Below, piece after piece: positions 1-10,300 of a stretch of DNA of 64,000 nt. The stretch covers positions 11,710-75,709 of the forward strand of contig DAVB01000055.1 of the NCBI GenBank assembly GCA_002505455.1, given 5' to 3'. Numbering within the stretch: position 1 is the first letter of the stretch; the number at the start of each line of letters is the position of its first letter. A model generated the notes under the pieces. It searched no databases. It was given only the letters and a program-made list of their open reading frames with translations, and was not told where the DNA came from. The stretch comes from Euryarchaeota archaeon UBA52 (GTDB taxonomy: Archaea; Thermoplasmatota; Poseidoniia; Poseidoniales; Thalassarchaeaceae). The position numbers were made by a program, and so were the translations under genes.

Positions 1-62
1 CGCAATGAGCGAAGTCTCAAAGTGTGTTTTTGTTCCGAGTTTTCATCTGCCAAACAATCACC

Positions 63-1322
63 TCAACCCTTCTTTACCTGCAGCAATGCCTGTGCCAGGT
101 CTATGTCTGGAACCCAGTCGATGACGTTCGCCCCGTATCCATTAAGCGACATGAGTCTATTCTGCCGTTCCATCTTGAGTACCTCGTATGCCATTCTAGG
201 TATCCTGCTAACTAGCCTCTCGAGATCTATTGAATTCGGGGATAGGACATACACCGTGTGGCCATGACTGGATAGTGCTCTTATGGCAGGAAGAGTTGTT
301 CCATCGCCCTCTAGGCTACTGATAACAAATACTGGGGATCCTCGATTCATCCTGGGGATTAGTGCGTTTGTGACTGCTTGGAGAGGCATTGATCCCCCTG
401 CGGAAACCCCAGCTAGAAGGCTCAGAATCTTGTACTGCTGCTTATCACCTGCCTCAGCGGGAAGATGGTCCATTCTCCTCCCGTAGGTCGTTAATGAGAC
501 AGCATCTCGTCTTCTGATAAAGTGATTAGATACCGAGGCAGTAGCAACTGCTCCCATTTCTAGAGGGTTTTTCAAAACGGTTCCGATTCTGGATATGTCT
601 CGAGTATCAAATAGGATATGAACATCAGTAACTGCGTCCCTGACCTTCTCATTCACCATCAAGTCACCAGTTCTGGCGAATGCCTTCCAATTGATTGACC
701 TGAATGAGTCCCCTGGCATGTACTCGCGAAGTGAATAAAACTCGGTTCCTTGGCCGGGAGTTCGGAGAGTTGTCGCGCCGGTGTACATCTTTGGGACGTT
801 TGATCTTAGAAGGGCGTCCTCGATGTCCCTCACTTGGGGAAATACGATGACATCGCTTCTCGTATCGGCAACGCCCTCGTCCGTGAAAAGTCCGAACACG
901 TCCCGATATCGAAGAGAGGTCGGACCAATGGAATAGTGGCCTCGAAGAGGGCATCTCACAGTATATCTGAGAGTCGTCGATTGTCCTGGCCCCAGATTGG
1001 CTCGAATTAGATTGATTCCCCGTCTTATTTTCATTTCATGGGGAACATTGTCGTAGATGTCCAGTATCTGCGTTCTACGTCGCGAGGGGTTCTTGATCCT
1101 CAATGTAACTGTAATATCATCTCCCTTGTACACATTCTCTTCAGATAATTCGCGCTCTACTACCAACCGTGGGTATCCACTAATCCAGCTAGCCATCACC
1201 AGAATTGAAACCATTAGCATCCCGAGAATCATCAGATGGAAATGACTGACCATCATGCCGACAAGTATCAGAGATACTCCCCCGACGATCATCATTGTAG
1301 CTTTCCTAGTCCACAAAATCAC
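63..1322 (-). CDS. DUF58 domain protein (vWA-like, MoxR-associated family). Two N-terminal TM helices, then a CARDB-like domain and a vWA-like domain.
   Basis: Diagnostic DUF58 core motif GQGTEFYSLREYMPGDSFRSINWKAFARTGDLMVNEKVRD. N-terminal hydrophobic helices. Overlaps the upstream ORF by 4 nt, suggesting operon coupling. Confidence 0.8.
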   Translation of the reverse strand: MILWTRKATMMIVGGVSLILVGMMVSHFHLMILGMLMVSILVMASWISGYPRLVVERELSEENVYKGDDITVTLRIKNPSRRRTQILDIYDNVPHEMKIRRGINLIRANLGPGQSTTLRYTVRCPLRGHYSIGPTSLRYRDVFGLFTDEGVADTRSDVIVFPQVRDIEDALLRSNVPKMYTGATTLRTPGQGTEFYSLREYMPGDSFRSINWKAFARTGDLMVNEKVRDAVTDVHILFDTRDISRIGTVLKNPLEMGAVATASVSNHFIRRRDAVSLTTYGRRMDHLPAEAGDKQQYKILSLLAGVSAGGSMPLQAVTNALIPRMNRGSPVFVISSLEGDGTTLPAIRALSSHGHTVYVLSPNSIDLERLVSRIPRMAYEVLKMERQNRLMSLNGYGANVIDWVPDIDLAQALLQVKKG

Positions 1323-3001
1323 GCCTCCATGAGATCATCATCTGACTCATCATCGTCTGGGCCCCATTCCTTCATACGCTTGACTATTGCAACTAACTCC
1401 TCAGTCTTATAACGACGATTATCATAGATGAATCGGATTAGCAAGGGATCTTCGACGAGCGCCTGCAATTCTTCCGAGGACAATGCATCAAACTCTTCTC
1501 TGGTCAGAGTATTACTACTTCTGATTCTAGAAAGGAATACCTGTCTAATCTTTTCTGGGTGTTGGTAAAACTCGTATCTTTTAGCGTCTCCGAAGCCATA
1601 ATAGATGATTCTGAAAACATGTCTCCAATCTTCGGGGTCTTCTTTGCGAATAAGTACAACTTCGAGCATCATGAAGAGAGCTAGAAACAAGATGAGCATA
1701 GCCATCCAATCATTGGTGAAGTAAACAAGAAAGTAGTACGCTAAGTTGTATGTGTCTGAAAGTGGATTAGACTGCTGGTGACGACTCTCATCGAATATGA
1801 CGACTGCATCGTCGCTTGGAATTAGAGATCCGTTGCCAACTAGCAATGCGTCTGCAATTATATCCAGTGCCCACACCCTGTTATCATTTTCAGGCACAGA
1901 GGAATCATCGATATCGGAAGCTGAGTATATTGCATTGATGAGTAATGACCCGTCTGATGCAATATGTACCTGACCTGAGGAAGGTTCGGCACACAATCTT
2001 GATGAGCAAATTCTTGCATATACTGCGAACGGGCCTTGTTCGTCACCCTGTATGCCTGCTGCTTCGAACGCAGGTGTCAGGTCTCCGTCATCATTCGAGT
2101 CCAAATACGAATCTAATGTTGATGTGACAACAGGGTACCGATTTTCAGCCGGGGAGAATGCGGACTCCTTATCGAATGCTGACGGCGTGCTGGTCAGAAG
2201 ATTGTAGTCTTCACTAAAGTCGTAGACTCCACCAACATCATCCCAACGATGAGCACAGAGACCGAATGAACCGCCATCGGGCGTAAATCCGGCGTCAGGA
2301 GCATCTGGATTTGGATCCATGGAATCTAGTATTCCATCTCCGTCTCTGTCCGCAAGACAGGGGTGATAATTAGAAGTAGATCCGGATGTTTGTGTCAAAT
2401 TGTATGCATCTGTTACGTTTGTCCACACATAGTTGTAATCGAGTTCTCTTGCCCATGCCTCCCCATCGTAAAGCTGATGGTTTGAGAATACGATGTTGTA
2501 TTCCTGTGCAAGTGCAGACGAGTAGCCGAAATCGTCCATAAGAAGCAAAGTGCCACCAGCCTGCACATACTGTACTATAGCTTCAATTTCTGATCCAGTA
2601 TATCCATCAGAATCAGATAGCTCGATTACAGAGTCATCATCCGTGAAACGGGGGAGGGATATTGTGTCACGCTCTACTCCAGATATTACGAACACAGTCT
2701 CATCGGGATTATCAATCTCCCCAAGGAGGAGTGGGCTTGACACCATAGCAGTTGTCTCAACCCCCATGGCATTGATGTCTGAACGAAAATCGCCGAGATC
2801 GTTCCAATCATCACCATATGCAGACTGCTGAGTCTTTCCATCCACGATATACGTAGAAGCGATAAATGCCACAAGTAGTGTTAAAACCGACCAAAATGAG
2901 AACATTAGGAATCTTCTTCGATTCACTGCATTGAAGAATCGGGATGCTCTTCTTGGCCTCTCCATCGTCCGGTCACCTCTCAGCAACAGGGTATAACCCA
3001 A
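1319..3001 (-). CDS. Membrane protein: N-terminal TM, large very acidic (D/S/T/N-rich) extracytoplasmic domain, C-terminal TM, ~100-aa charged cytoplasmic tail. DUF4350-like topology (uncertain). The start may be the internal Met of MERPRR.
   Basis: Hydrophobic segments at residues ~30-55 and ~433-460. The GTLLLMDDFG segment and the position directly upstream of and translationally coupled to DUF58 resemble MoxR/DUF58-operon partner proteins. No direct family motif confirmed. Confidence 0.5.
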   Translation of the reverse strand: MGYTLLLRGDRTMERPRRASRFFNAVNRRRFLMFSFWSVLTLLVAFIASTYIVDGKTQQSAYGDDWNDLGDFRSDINAMGVETTAMVSSPLLLGEIDNPDETVFVISGVERDTISLPRFTDDDSVIELSDSDGYTGSEIEAIVQYVQAGGTLLLMDDFGYSSALAQEYNIVFSNHQLYDGEAWARELDYNYVWTNVTDAYNLTQTSGSTSNYHPCLADRDGDGILDSMDPNPDAPDAGFTPDGGSFGLCAHRWDDVGGVYDFSEDYNLLTSTPSAFDKESAFSPAENRYPVVTSTLDSYLDSNDDGDLTPAFEAAGIQGDEQGPFAVYARICSSRLCAEPSSGQVHIASDGSLLINAIYSASDIDDSSVPENDNRVWALDIIADALLVGNGSLIPSDDAVVIFDESRHQQSNPLSDTYNLAYYFLVYFTNDWMAMLILFLALFMMLEVVLIRKEDPEDWRHVFRIIYYGFGDAKRYEFYQHPEKIRQVFLSRIRSSNTLTREEFDALSSEELQALVEDPLLIRFIYDNRRYKTEELVAIVKRMKEWGPDDDESDDDLMEA

Positions 3002-3039
3002 TCCAACGATATAAGACGCTTATCCGGCCTTGGGACGTA

Positions 3040-3282
3040 TCACTGATGCAAACGTATGGCATTTGATATCTCGGCGACCTCTTCGACCGGGACTTCGAGC
3101 AGTCCTTTCTTGACGGGCCATGGAAGTAGGGCAGGATCAAGTTCTTCAGATATTATGACGAGCAACGAGATTACTTTGCCAGATCTTGGATCGAATATGA
3201 AATCGGATAGGTATCCCAGGGTGTCCCCCGCACCATCTAGGATTGGCCGGTTTAGAATTTCACGGCCGAATCCTGACGGCAT
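3040..3282 (-). CDS. PRC-barrel domain protein (stand-alone, 80 aa)
   Basis: The pattern ILDGAGDTLGYLSDFIFDPRSGKVISLLVII matches the PRC-barrel consensus (V.d.dG..lG.v.Dv.~D...gkv..lvv). Size is typical of archaeal stand-alone PRC-barrel proteins. Confidence 0.5.
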   Translation of the reverse strand: MPSGFGREILNRPILDGAGDTLGYLSDFIFDPRSGKVISLLVIISEELDPALLPWPVKKGLLEVPVEEVAEISNAIRLHQ

Positions 3283-3288
3283 TCAAAA

Positions 3289-5511
3289 TCACACCGACTC
3301 AATGCCCTGAAGAGTGCTGGAGTCTCTCTTAACCGACTCTAAACCACTGACGAGGGTCTCTTCCATCTTGGAATAGTAATCTAACATGTCTTTGTTGACA
3401 GTTGGACGGACTCTGTTAATAGCATCCTCAAAGTGGCTCTTTGAAACACTCTTTCTACCTGCTCTCATTGCAATGAGGGCTGCTTCTCTGCATATTGCCT
3501 CTATATCGGCACCGGTATAGTTCTCAAGCCTATCAATGAGATCATCGAGTCTGAATCGGCCCAATGGCATCTCTGAGGTGTGAATCTTCAGAATCTCGAG
3601 CCGTGACTTACGATCTGGGGGCGGTACATGCAGAACGCGTTCAAAGCGTCCACTTCGTAAAAGTGCAGGATCAATCATTTCAGGTCGATTGGTCGCAGCT
3701 ACAACGATGACTCCTTCCATTGACTCGACACCGTCCATGCTAGAAAGAATCTGATTTACCACCCTATTCATGACATCCGAACCTTCTCCGGACATTGATC
3801 TACGGACGCCGGCAATTGATTCGAATTCATCAAGGAATATGATTGAGGGTGCTGCTTGCTTCGCTTTCTTGAAAACCTCGCGTACGGCTCTTTCCGATTC
3901 TCCGACCCACTTGGAAATCATTTCTGGGCCCTTGATTGAAATGAAATTGGCCTTTGCCTCGTTAGCTATGGCCTTGGCGATTAGAGTTTTTCCAGTTCCA
4001 GGTGCGCCAAATAGAACAATTCCTCGAGGAGGTTTGATGCCAAAATGCTCGAAGGTTTCTGGTTGATTCAGAGGCCATTCAATACTTTCCTTTAGTCTCT
4101 CCTTAATCTCATCCAGTCCACCGACATCGTCCCAAGAAGCCGTTGGGACCTCTACGTATATCTCCCTGAGTGCGCTGGGCTCTATCTCTTTGATAGCCTC
4201 ACGGAAATCGATCATTTTAACTTCCATCTTCTCGAGTACCTCGGCGGGTATCTCATCTTCATCCAAGTCAATCTCAGGAAGATACCTTCGCAGGGCCTTC
4301 ATTGCAGATTCCCGAACTAGGGCTGATATGTCCGCCCCTACAAAACCATATGAATTCTCAAGAAGCCATTCCATCTCGAAATCATCACTTATGGGCATAC
4401 CACGTGTATGGATATCGATGATCTCAGAGCGGCCATTCTTATCTGGTACGCCTATTTCCAATTCTCTATCGAATCGTCCGGGCCTTCTCAAAGCGGGATC
4501 TATCGCATCTCTTCTATTCGTAGCTCCGATTACAACTACGTTATCCCGACCCTGCATGCCATCGAGAAGCGTTAGAAGTTGAGCGACTACTCGTCGCTCA
4601 ACTTCTCCACTTACATCTTCTCGCTTGGGAGCAATTGAATCTAATTCGTCTATGAAGATAATAGCAGGGGCATTCGAAGCGGCTTCATCGAATATTTCGC
4701 GAAGCTGTTTCTCACTTTCGCCATAATACTTGGAAATAATTTCAGGGCCATTAATTGATGTGAAATGTGCCTGCGTCTCTGCGGCGACAGCTTTGGCAAT
4801 CAATGTCTTACCAGTCCCAGGGGGGCCATGAAGAAGTACGCCTCGAGGCGGATCTATGCCCAGCCTACGGAAGAGTATGGGGTGCTTAAGAGGGAGTTCA
4901 ATCATCTCCCTGACTTTCTGAAGTTGGTCGCCAAGACCGCCTATATCCTCATATGAAATCGTCTGAATGGTACTCTCGTCTTCTTCATCAACTGGATCTT
5001 CCTTGATGACTATCTCTGTGGAAGGTAGAACCTGCACGATTCCTTTTGGCTTTGTGCTGACTATCTGAAATGGCAGAGCCTCGGCAAACAAAGTCATGCC
5101 TGGTATGAATATCCTATCTCCAGCTACAACAGGGCGTTTGTTTAGGCCTCTGCGAGCAAACCCTTCGATACCGGGCCCAAAACGGACTTTTTGCTGTTTG
5201 GCCATTACCGGCGAAAGCACAAGTTTCTCACACTCGGATACCTCGACTTTGCTAATATTCACTCTATCGCCCAGCGATACCGCTGCATTCTTTCGAATTA
5301 TTCCATCTATCCTTATGACTCCAAGATTCGCATCTTCTGGCCTACATCGCCAGACAATAGCGGCAGTGGACTTCTCCCCCTTAATTTCGATGACGTCACC
5401 GGGTTTGAGGTTCAGATCATTGTCAAATGGCACTCTGGCTCTTCCATGGCCCACATCGCTTGGAATAGCCTTTGCAACCCTAAGCGTAAGCTCCCCTTCT
5501 TCGTCCGGCAT
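3289..5511 (-). CDS. cdc48: Cdc48/VCP-like AAA+ ATPase (two AAA domains)
   Basis: Cdc48-type N-domain start [15 protein letters not shown]. Two Walker A motifs [13 protein letters not shown] and [13 protein letters not shown], two Walker B DE motifs ([18 protein letters not shown]) and SRH regions. Length 740 aa. Confidence 0.95.
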   Translation of the reverse strand: MPDEEGELTLRVAKAIPSDVGHGRARVPFDNDLNLKPGDVIEIKGEKSTAAIVWRCRPEDANLGVIRIDGIIRKNAAVSLGDRVNISKVEVSECEKLVLSPVMAKQQKVRFGPGIEGFARRGLNKRPVVAGDRIFIPGMTLFAEALPFQIVSTKPKGIVQVLPSTEIVIKEDPVDEEDESTIQTISYEDIGGLGDQLQKVREMIELPLKHPILFRRLGIDPPRGVLLHGPPGTGKTLIAKAVAAETQAHFTSINGPEIISKYYGESEKQLREIFDEAASNAPAIIFIDELDSIAPKREDVSGEVERRVVAQLLTLLDGMQGRDNVVVIGATNRRDAIDPALRRPGRFDRELEIGVPDKNGRSEIIDIHTRGMPISDDFEMEWLLENSYGFVGADISALVRESAMKALRRYLPEIDLDEDEIPAEVLEKMEVKMIDFREAIKEIEPSALREIYVEVPTASWDDVGGLDEIKERLKESIEWPLNQPETFEHFGIKPPRGIVLFGAPGTGKTLIAKAIANEAKANFISIKGPEMISKWVGESERAVREVFKKAKQAAPSIIFLDEFESIAGVRRSMSGEGSDVMNRVVNQILSSMDGVESMEGVIVVAATNRPEMIDPALLRSGRFERVLHVPPPDRKSRLEILKIHTSEMPLGRFRLDDLIDRLENYTGADIEAICREAALIAMRAGRKSVSKSHFEDAINRVRPTVNKDMLDYYSKMEETLVSGLESVKRDSSTLQGIESV

Positions 5512-5651
5512 GGAGTATCCCTCGGAGATGTCTGTGTATTGGGCTGCCTTAAACCCCCATATCCAAAGTCGATGTGTTTGGCCGCTTACCAGACAACTTG
5601 TACGATTCCAACGTTAGCAGCATTCATGTGAATAACCGGGGTGGGTGTGGC

Positions 5652-7280
5652 ATGCCCCATGTGCTTGAGACCGGATTTGAGGCGATAGACAACGAAAACC
5701 CCAATGGTTCACCGATGATTCGTGGATACAACATAATCGGAGGACAGTTGGAATCCGCATCTGATGGTTCGACATTTGAGTCGAAGAATCCTGCTATTCT
5801 TTCTGATTGCCTCGGGGTCTTCCCTCTATCTACCAAAGATGATGTCCACAGAGCATTAAAGTCGGCAAAGGCGGCATTCTCTGGCTGGTCTTCCACCCCT
5901 GCACCCACACGCGGTCAGATCATAGGCAACATGGGAAGGCTGCTGATGGAGCATAAGGACGATCTTGTCCGTCTAGAGACTCGTGAGATCGGGAAGACAC
6001 TGAAAGAGAGCGCTGGGGAAATCCAGGAAGCGATAGACACGTGTCTGTTCTTCCAATCAGAAGGAAGGCGCCTATACGGACAAACCGTAAACAGTGAGCT
6101 TCCCGACAAGGAGTTGTTCACCTACCGAAGGCCCTTGGGGGTTTGTGGAATCATCAATGCGTGTAATTTTCCTTCCGCTGTGCCCTTCTGGAAAATGATT
6201 CCAGCAATCATGTGCGGCAACACCTGTGTCTGGAAGTCTCCACAGGACAGTCCTCTCCTCTCATTTGCATTGGCCAGGATAATGCACCAGGCGGGTTTGC
6301 CGGACGGAGTTGTGAATCTCATTCACGGCAAGGGAAGTGGTGCGGGTCAGCATCTAGTTGATGCAGTTGATGAAGGAATGGTCAACAAAATTTCATTCAC
6401 AGGATCTACTTCAGTTGGCAAAATGATCGGAGAAATCTGTGGGCGTAATCTGGTTTCATGCTCACTCGAGTTGGGCGGTAAGAATCCGCTAGTCATAATG
6501 CCATCTGCCAACCTTGAGAATGCCGTAGAAGGGGCTTACTGGGCGGGATTCGGTACCGCTGGCCAAAGATGCACGAGCCTCGGCAACCTAATTATCCACG
6601 AAGATATCTACGAGGATTTCATGGAGAGATTCATGGAAAAAGTCCGCAGCACGAAGATTGGCGATTCTATGAGTGACGATGATGTTCTTTATGGCCCGAT
6701 GCTGTCTGAAAAATATGCATTGGATTTTCTTGATGGGTTGGAAATGTGCGAATCAAGCGGAGCAAGGCGGATTTACGGAAAGGGGCGAATAACAGCAGAC
6801 TCATCCCCCACGGGTTTCATTGCCGACGCTGAGAGCGGAGTATACATGTGGCCTCACGTATATGTGGACGTTACAGATGAGATGGACTGCTTCCATGAAG
6901 AGATTTTCGGGCCTGCAGTCACGGTCGTAAAGGCCAAGGATTTCGATCATGCACTTTATCTGGCAAATGCATCGCCATATGGACTCTCGAGCGCTATTTA
7001 CACGAATGACAGGCTAGAGGCATATCGATTCAAAACAGGCATCAAAGCCGGTATGACTGGGATAAACAACTCAACGACTGGTGCTGAGGCGCACCTTCCC
7101 TTCGGAGGGGTCAAGGGCTCAGGGAATGGTACAAGGGAATCTGGCATTTGGGTGATTGAAGCATACTCTTACTGGCATGCAGTCAACGATGAGCTGTCTG
7201 GGAAGCTTCAGTTGGCTCAGATGGATGTTGATGAAATTCATATCGAAGAGGCAGAGGCAGATTACAAATCTCTTGCATGA
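5652..7280 (+). CDS. NAD(P)-dependent aldehyde dehydrogenase family protein. The ORF track extends to 5574. The start is more likely the internal Met at 5652 (MPHVLE) or the downstream MIRGYNIIGG.
   Basis: ALDH N-terminal pattern YNIIGGQLESASDGSTFESKNPA. Catalytic region ELGGKNP and a Cys in GTAGQRCTS. Glycine-rich FTGSTSVGK. Confidence 0.9.
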   Translation: MPHVLETGFEAIDNENPNGSPMIRGYNIIGGQLESASDGSTFESKNPAILSDCLGVFPLSTKDDVHRALKSAKAAFSGWSSTPAPTRGQIIGNMGRLLMEHKDDLVRLETREIGKTLKESAGEIQEAIDTCLFFQSEGRRLYGQTVNSELPDKELFTYRRPLGVCGIINACNFPSAVPFWKMIPAIMCGNTCVWKSPQDSPLLSFALARIMHQAGLPDGVVNLIHGKGSGAGQHLVDAVDEGMVNKISFTGSTSVGKMIGEICGRNLVSCSLELGGKNPLVIMPSANLENAVEGAYWAGFGTAGQRCTSLGNLIIHEDIYEDFMERFMEKVRSTKIGDSMSDDDVLYGPMLSEKYALDFLDGLEMCESSGARRIYGKGRITADSSPTGFIADAESGVYMWPHVYVDVTDEMDCFHEEIFGPAVTVVKAKDFDHALYLANASPYGLSSAIYTNDRLEAYRFKTGIKAGMTGINNSTTGAEAHLPFGGVKGSGNGTRESGIWVIEAYSYWHAVNDELSGKLQLAQMDVDEIHIEEAEADYKSLA

Positions 7281-7297
7281 TTTAGAAGTGTTATTGG

Positions 7298-7306
7298 TTT
7301 TAAATT
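7298..7306 (+). promoter_or_regulatory. Candidate archaeal TATA box (TTTTAAATT) for the surface-protein gene
   Basis: An A/T box TTTTAAAT sits 39-47 nt upstream of ATG 7345, in the 64-bp intergenic region after the ALDH stop codon. Confidence 0.35.
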
Positions 7307-7344
7307 CACAAAAGTTCTATTTTCCTCCGGCCGCCTTCCCACTC

Positions 7345-10300
7345 ATGGCGAAGAGTCCGTGGACAGGCATATTTCTTGCGACATTGATGGTATTATTCTC
7401 AACACATCCTCTGTTGGTTGATTCGGGGCCACAAACTGAAACCGAGATTCGTTCGGATGAGATTCGCCTAGGAACCATTGCCAACAACTCTCCCGGCCAA
7501 GTGCTGGGCCACATTGATACCCATGACACACTGTCGATCGGGAGGCAGTTCGCCTGCGCTTTGACCGAGAACTCCAGCGTTGTATGCTGGGGCAGGACAG
7601 ATTTCGGTCAAACCGGAATCGGAGTCACAGGCAATCAGGTCTACCACAACATGACCTATGTTGACGCATTGAACGGAATGGGCATCGTAGAGGTCTCTGC
7701 ACACCTAGACCACGCATGTGGTCTTACGTCCCAAGGAGCCGTCTACTGCTGGGGCAGCAACGTCAATGGCCAGATCGGCAACGGGCAAATAGGAAGCACC
7801 GAACTCACCCCGACACTGGCTCTACTCCCACAGGGAGTCGTCGCAAAGTCACTCTCGCAGGGGCCGAGTTCACACACCTGCGCAATCAGCACCGATGGCG
7901 ACCTGTATTGTTGGGGGCTCAACAACATGGGGCAGGTTGGCAATGGGCAGTTATGTGCTAATTGGGGGGACACCTACACCAACCCATGCAGTAATGGTGG
8001 AAGTGGAATACTGGTCCCAGAATTAATCAACATGCCAACGGGAGTCACTGTTACGTCCGTCAGCGTGGGGGGCGAGCACACGTGTGCCACGGGCAGTGAT
8101 GGCGGGGTGTATTGCTGGGGCGGCGACATGAATTGCAGGGTCACCGGCGGAGACGGCGTTTCCGATGACCCCATAACAGGGAATCAGGGTTGCAACTACT
8201 ATCATCATACACTCAGCCCGAGAAAGCTAACGATGTCAAACACGGAAGTTACAATCCAGGATGCAGCAAACCTATCCTTCGTTCAGGTGGTCAGCGGTTG
8301 GGTATTCTCCTGCGCGATGACCAACTCGGGTGACGGAGTTTGCTGGGGCGCCAACACGGAGAGCCAGCAAGGGATTGGCAACAACAGCAACCTGGACTTC
8401 GCCGTGGTACCAACTCTGGTCCAAGGCCCCTCGGGAGAGAGCATGACGAGCATGTCCGCCACTACCGCCCAAGCGTGCGCGATGTACGACCAGACCGGAG
8501 CCTACTGTTGGGGCGACAACTGGGGCGGCAACACGGGGGACTATGATGGTTCGAATGCCGTGTTATGCAACTACTCAGGCCTGGAAAATGGTGGTGGCAA
8601 CGTAAATTGTCAGGATCGTGCGGCGCCCCATCAGGTCCACACGGGTGGGAATTACACAGCAGTGGTCATGGGTGCTGCGAACGCATGTGGCTTGGACGCC
8701 TCAAACGACATCCACTGCTGGGGCGCCTACGCATGGAACAACGTGAATCAGACCCAGCATCATGTCTTGTGGGGAACTCGGGTCCCGGAACTAATGCAGC
8801 TCCCTGGAACGGCGAAGATAGCATTGGACGACCTCGATTCGGACAATGACGGGCTCAACTCCCCATTCGACCTATGGCCCGAGGGCTGCCCATCTGGGTG
8901 GTATCAAGACGCGCCCAACTCCTGCGATGAGTCCCCGCCCGGGCACTACGCAGAGGAGAGTCTGCCATGGAACCTAGTCATCTGTGAGAGCGGTACCTAC
9001 CAACCCAACGGAGGACAGACATCCTGCATAGACTCAACCCCGGGCTACCATGTCCCGAACGAGGGTGCATTATCGCAGATCATATGCCTTGCTGGGTCTT
9101 ACCAGCCCAACGCTAGATCCTCGACCTGTATCCTGGCAGATCCGGGATATATGGTGAGCACGCCCGGTAAAATAGATCAAACTGCGTGTAATGCTGGAAG
9201 ATTTTCATCTGTGAGCGGATCAACGGAGTGTGTCAGGGCGCAGCCTGGTTTCTATGTATCAGGTAGCGGCTCAGCAGAAGAGGCTCCATGTCCGCCTGGA
9301 TCGTATGCGCCTGCCCATGGCTCGATATCGTGTATCTCGACTTCTCCCGGGCAGTATACCGACGCTCCAGCTTCAACCCAGCCGGCCTCTTGTGATCCGG
9401 GTTCCTACCAACCTGACTTCGGTCAAAGTTCGTGTCTCCTGGCTCCTGCTGGGAATTATGTCTCGGAATCGATGGCTTCGTCGTATCAACCATGTCTCTC
9501 AGGCCACTACCAATCTGCCGAAGGAATGACTGAATGCGTAACTACACCCCCTGGGACATACACGCCAGGAGCATCATTCACTGCGCCTGTAGATTGCCCT
9601 GCGGGCACATATCAACCGTCATCAGGGGCAGAGAGGTGCATCGATGCGACGCCTGGCAGCTATGCTGCTTCAGAAGGGGGCGTTGAGGCGGTTGAATGCT
9701 CTCCGGGGACATATCAACCTCAGTCGGGACAGTCTGCGTGTTTGGAGGCTGATGCCGGGCACTACATCACCCTAAGGGCGGCGAAAAGTCAGATGCCATG
9801 CCCAGTGACTACATTCCAACCTCAAACTGGTCAGACAGCCTGTCTAGACGTCGAGCCTGGCCACTATGCAGATGGAGTTGGGGCGGTGGAGCAAACGCCT
9901 TGCGATGCAGGTGAATATCAACCCTCCAGCAAGTCGACGAGCTGCAAAATCGTCCCTGCCGGACATTATTCAGTCGGCTCGGGCTCCATTGATTTCATCG
10001 CATGCATGCCTGGAACCTATCAGCCGACATCAGGAATGTCGGGTTGTATAGATGCTGATCAAGGCAACTATGTCGGAGAATCTTCTCAACTGATGCAGAC
10101 ACCTTGCTCAAAGGGAACTTATCAACCATCAACTGCTTCCTCCGAATGTTTGAGTGCTGATGCAGGATACTTCGTGGAGTCAACAGGTTCCACAGAGCAG
10201 ACGCCCTGTGAAGCGGGATCTTATCAGCCCGTTGAAGGGCGATCGAACTGCATATACTCGTCAATCAACAACTATGTTCCAGAGGCCGGATCAGCAGTAC

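Noticed and set aside
5574-5651. Upstream extension of the aldehyde dehydrogenase ORF (start at 5574)
   Set aside because: The ALDH family N-terminus aligns from ~MIRGYNIIGG, and the extension would shrink the divergent promoter region shared with cdc48 to 62 nt. An internal Met start is more plausible, though not proven.
7317-8546. Multiple 60-80-aa ORFs on both strands inside the RCC1 surface-protein gene
   Set aside because: They lie in alternative frames of a GC-rich, Gly/Gln-codon-repetitive region. The translations are Pro/Arg/Gly-rich low complexity, typical of spurious ORFs.
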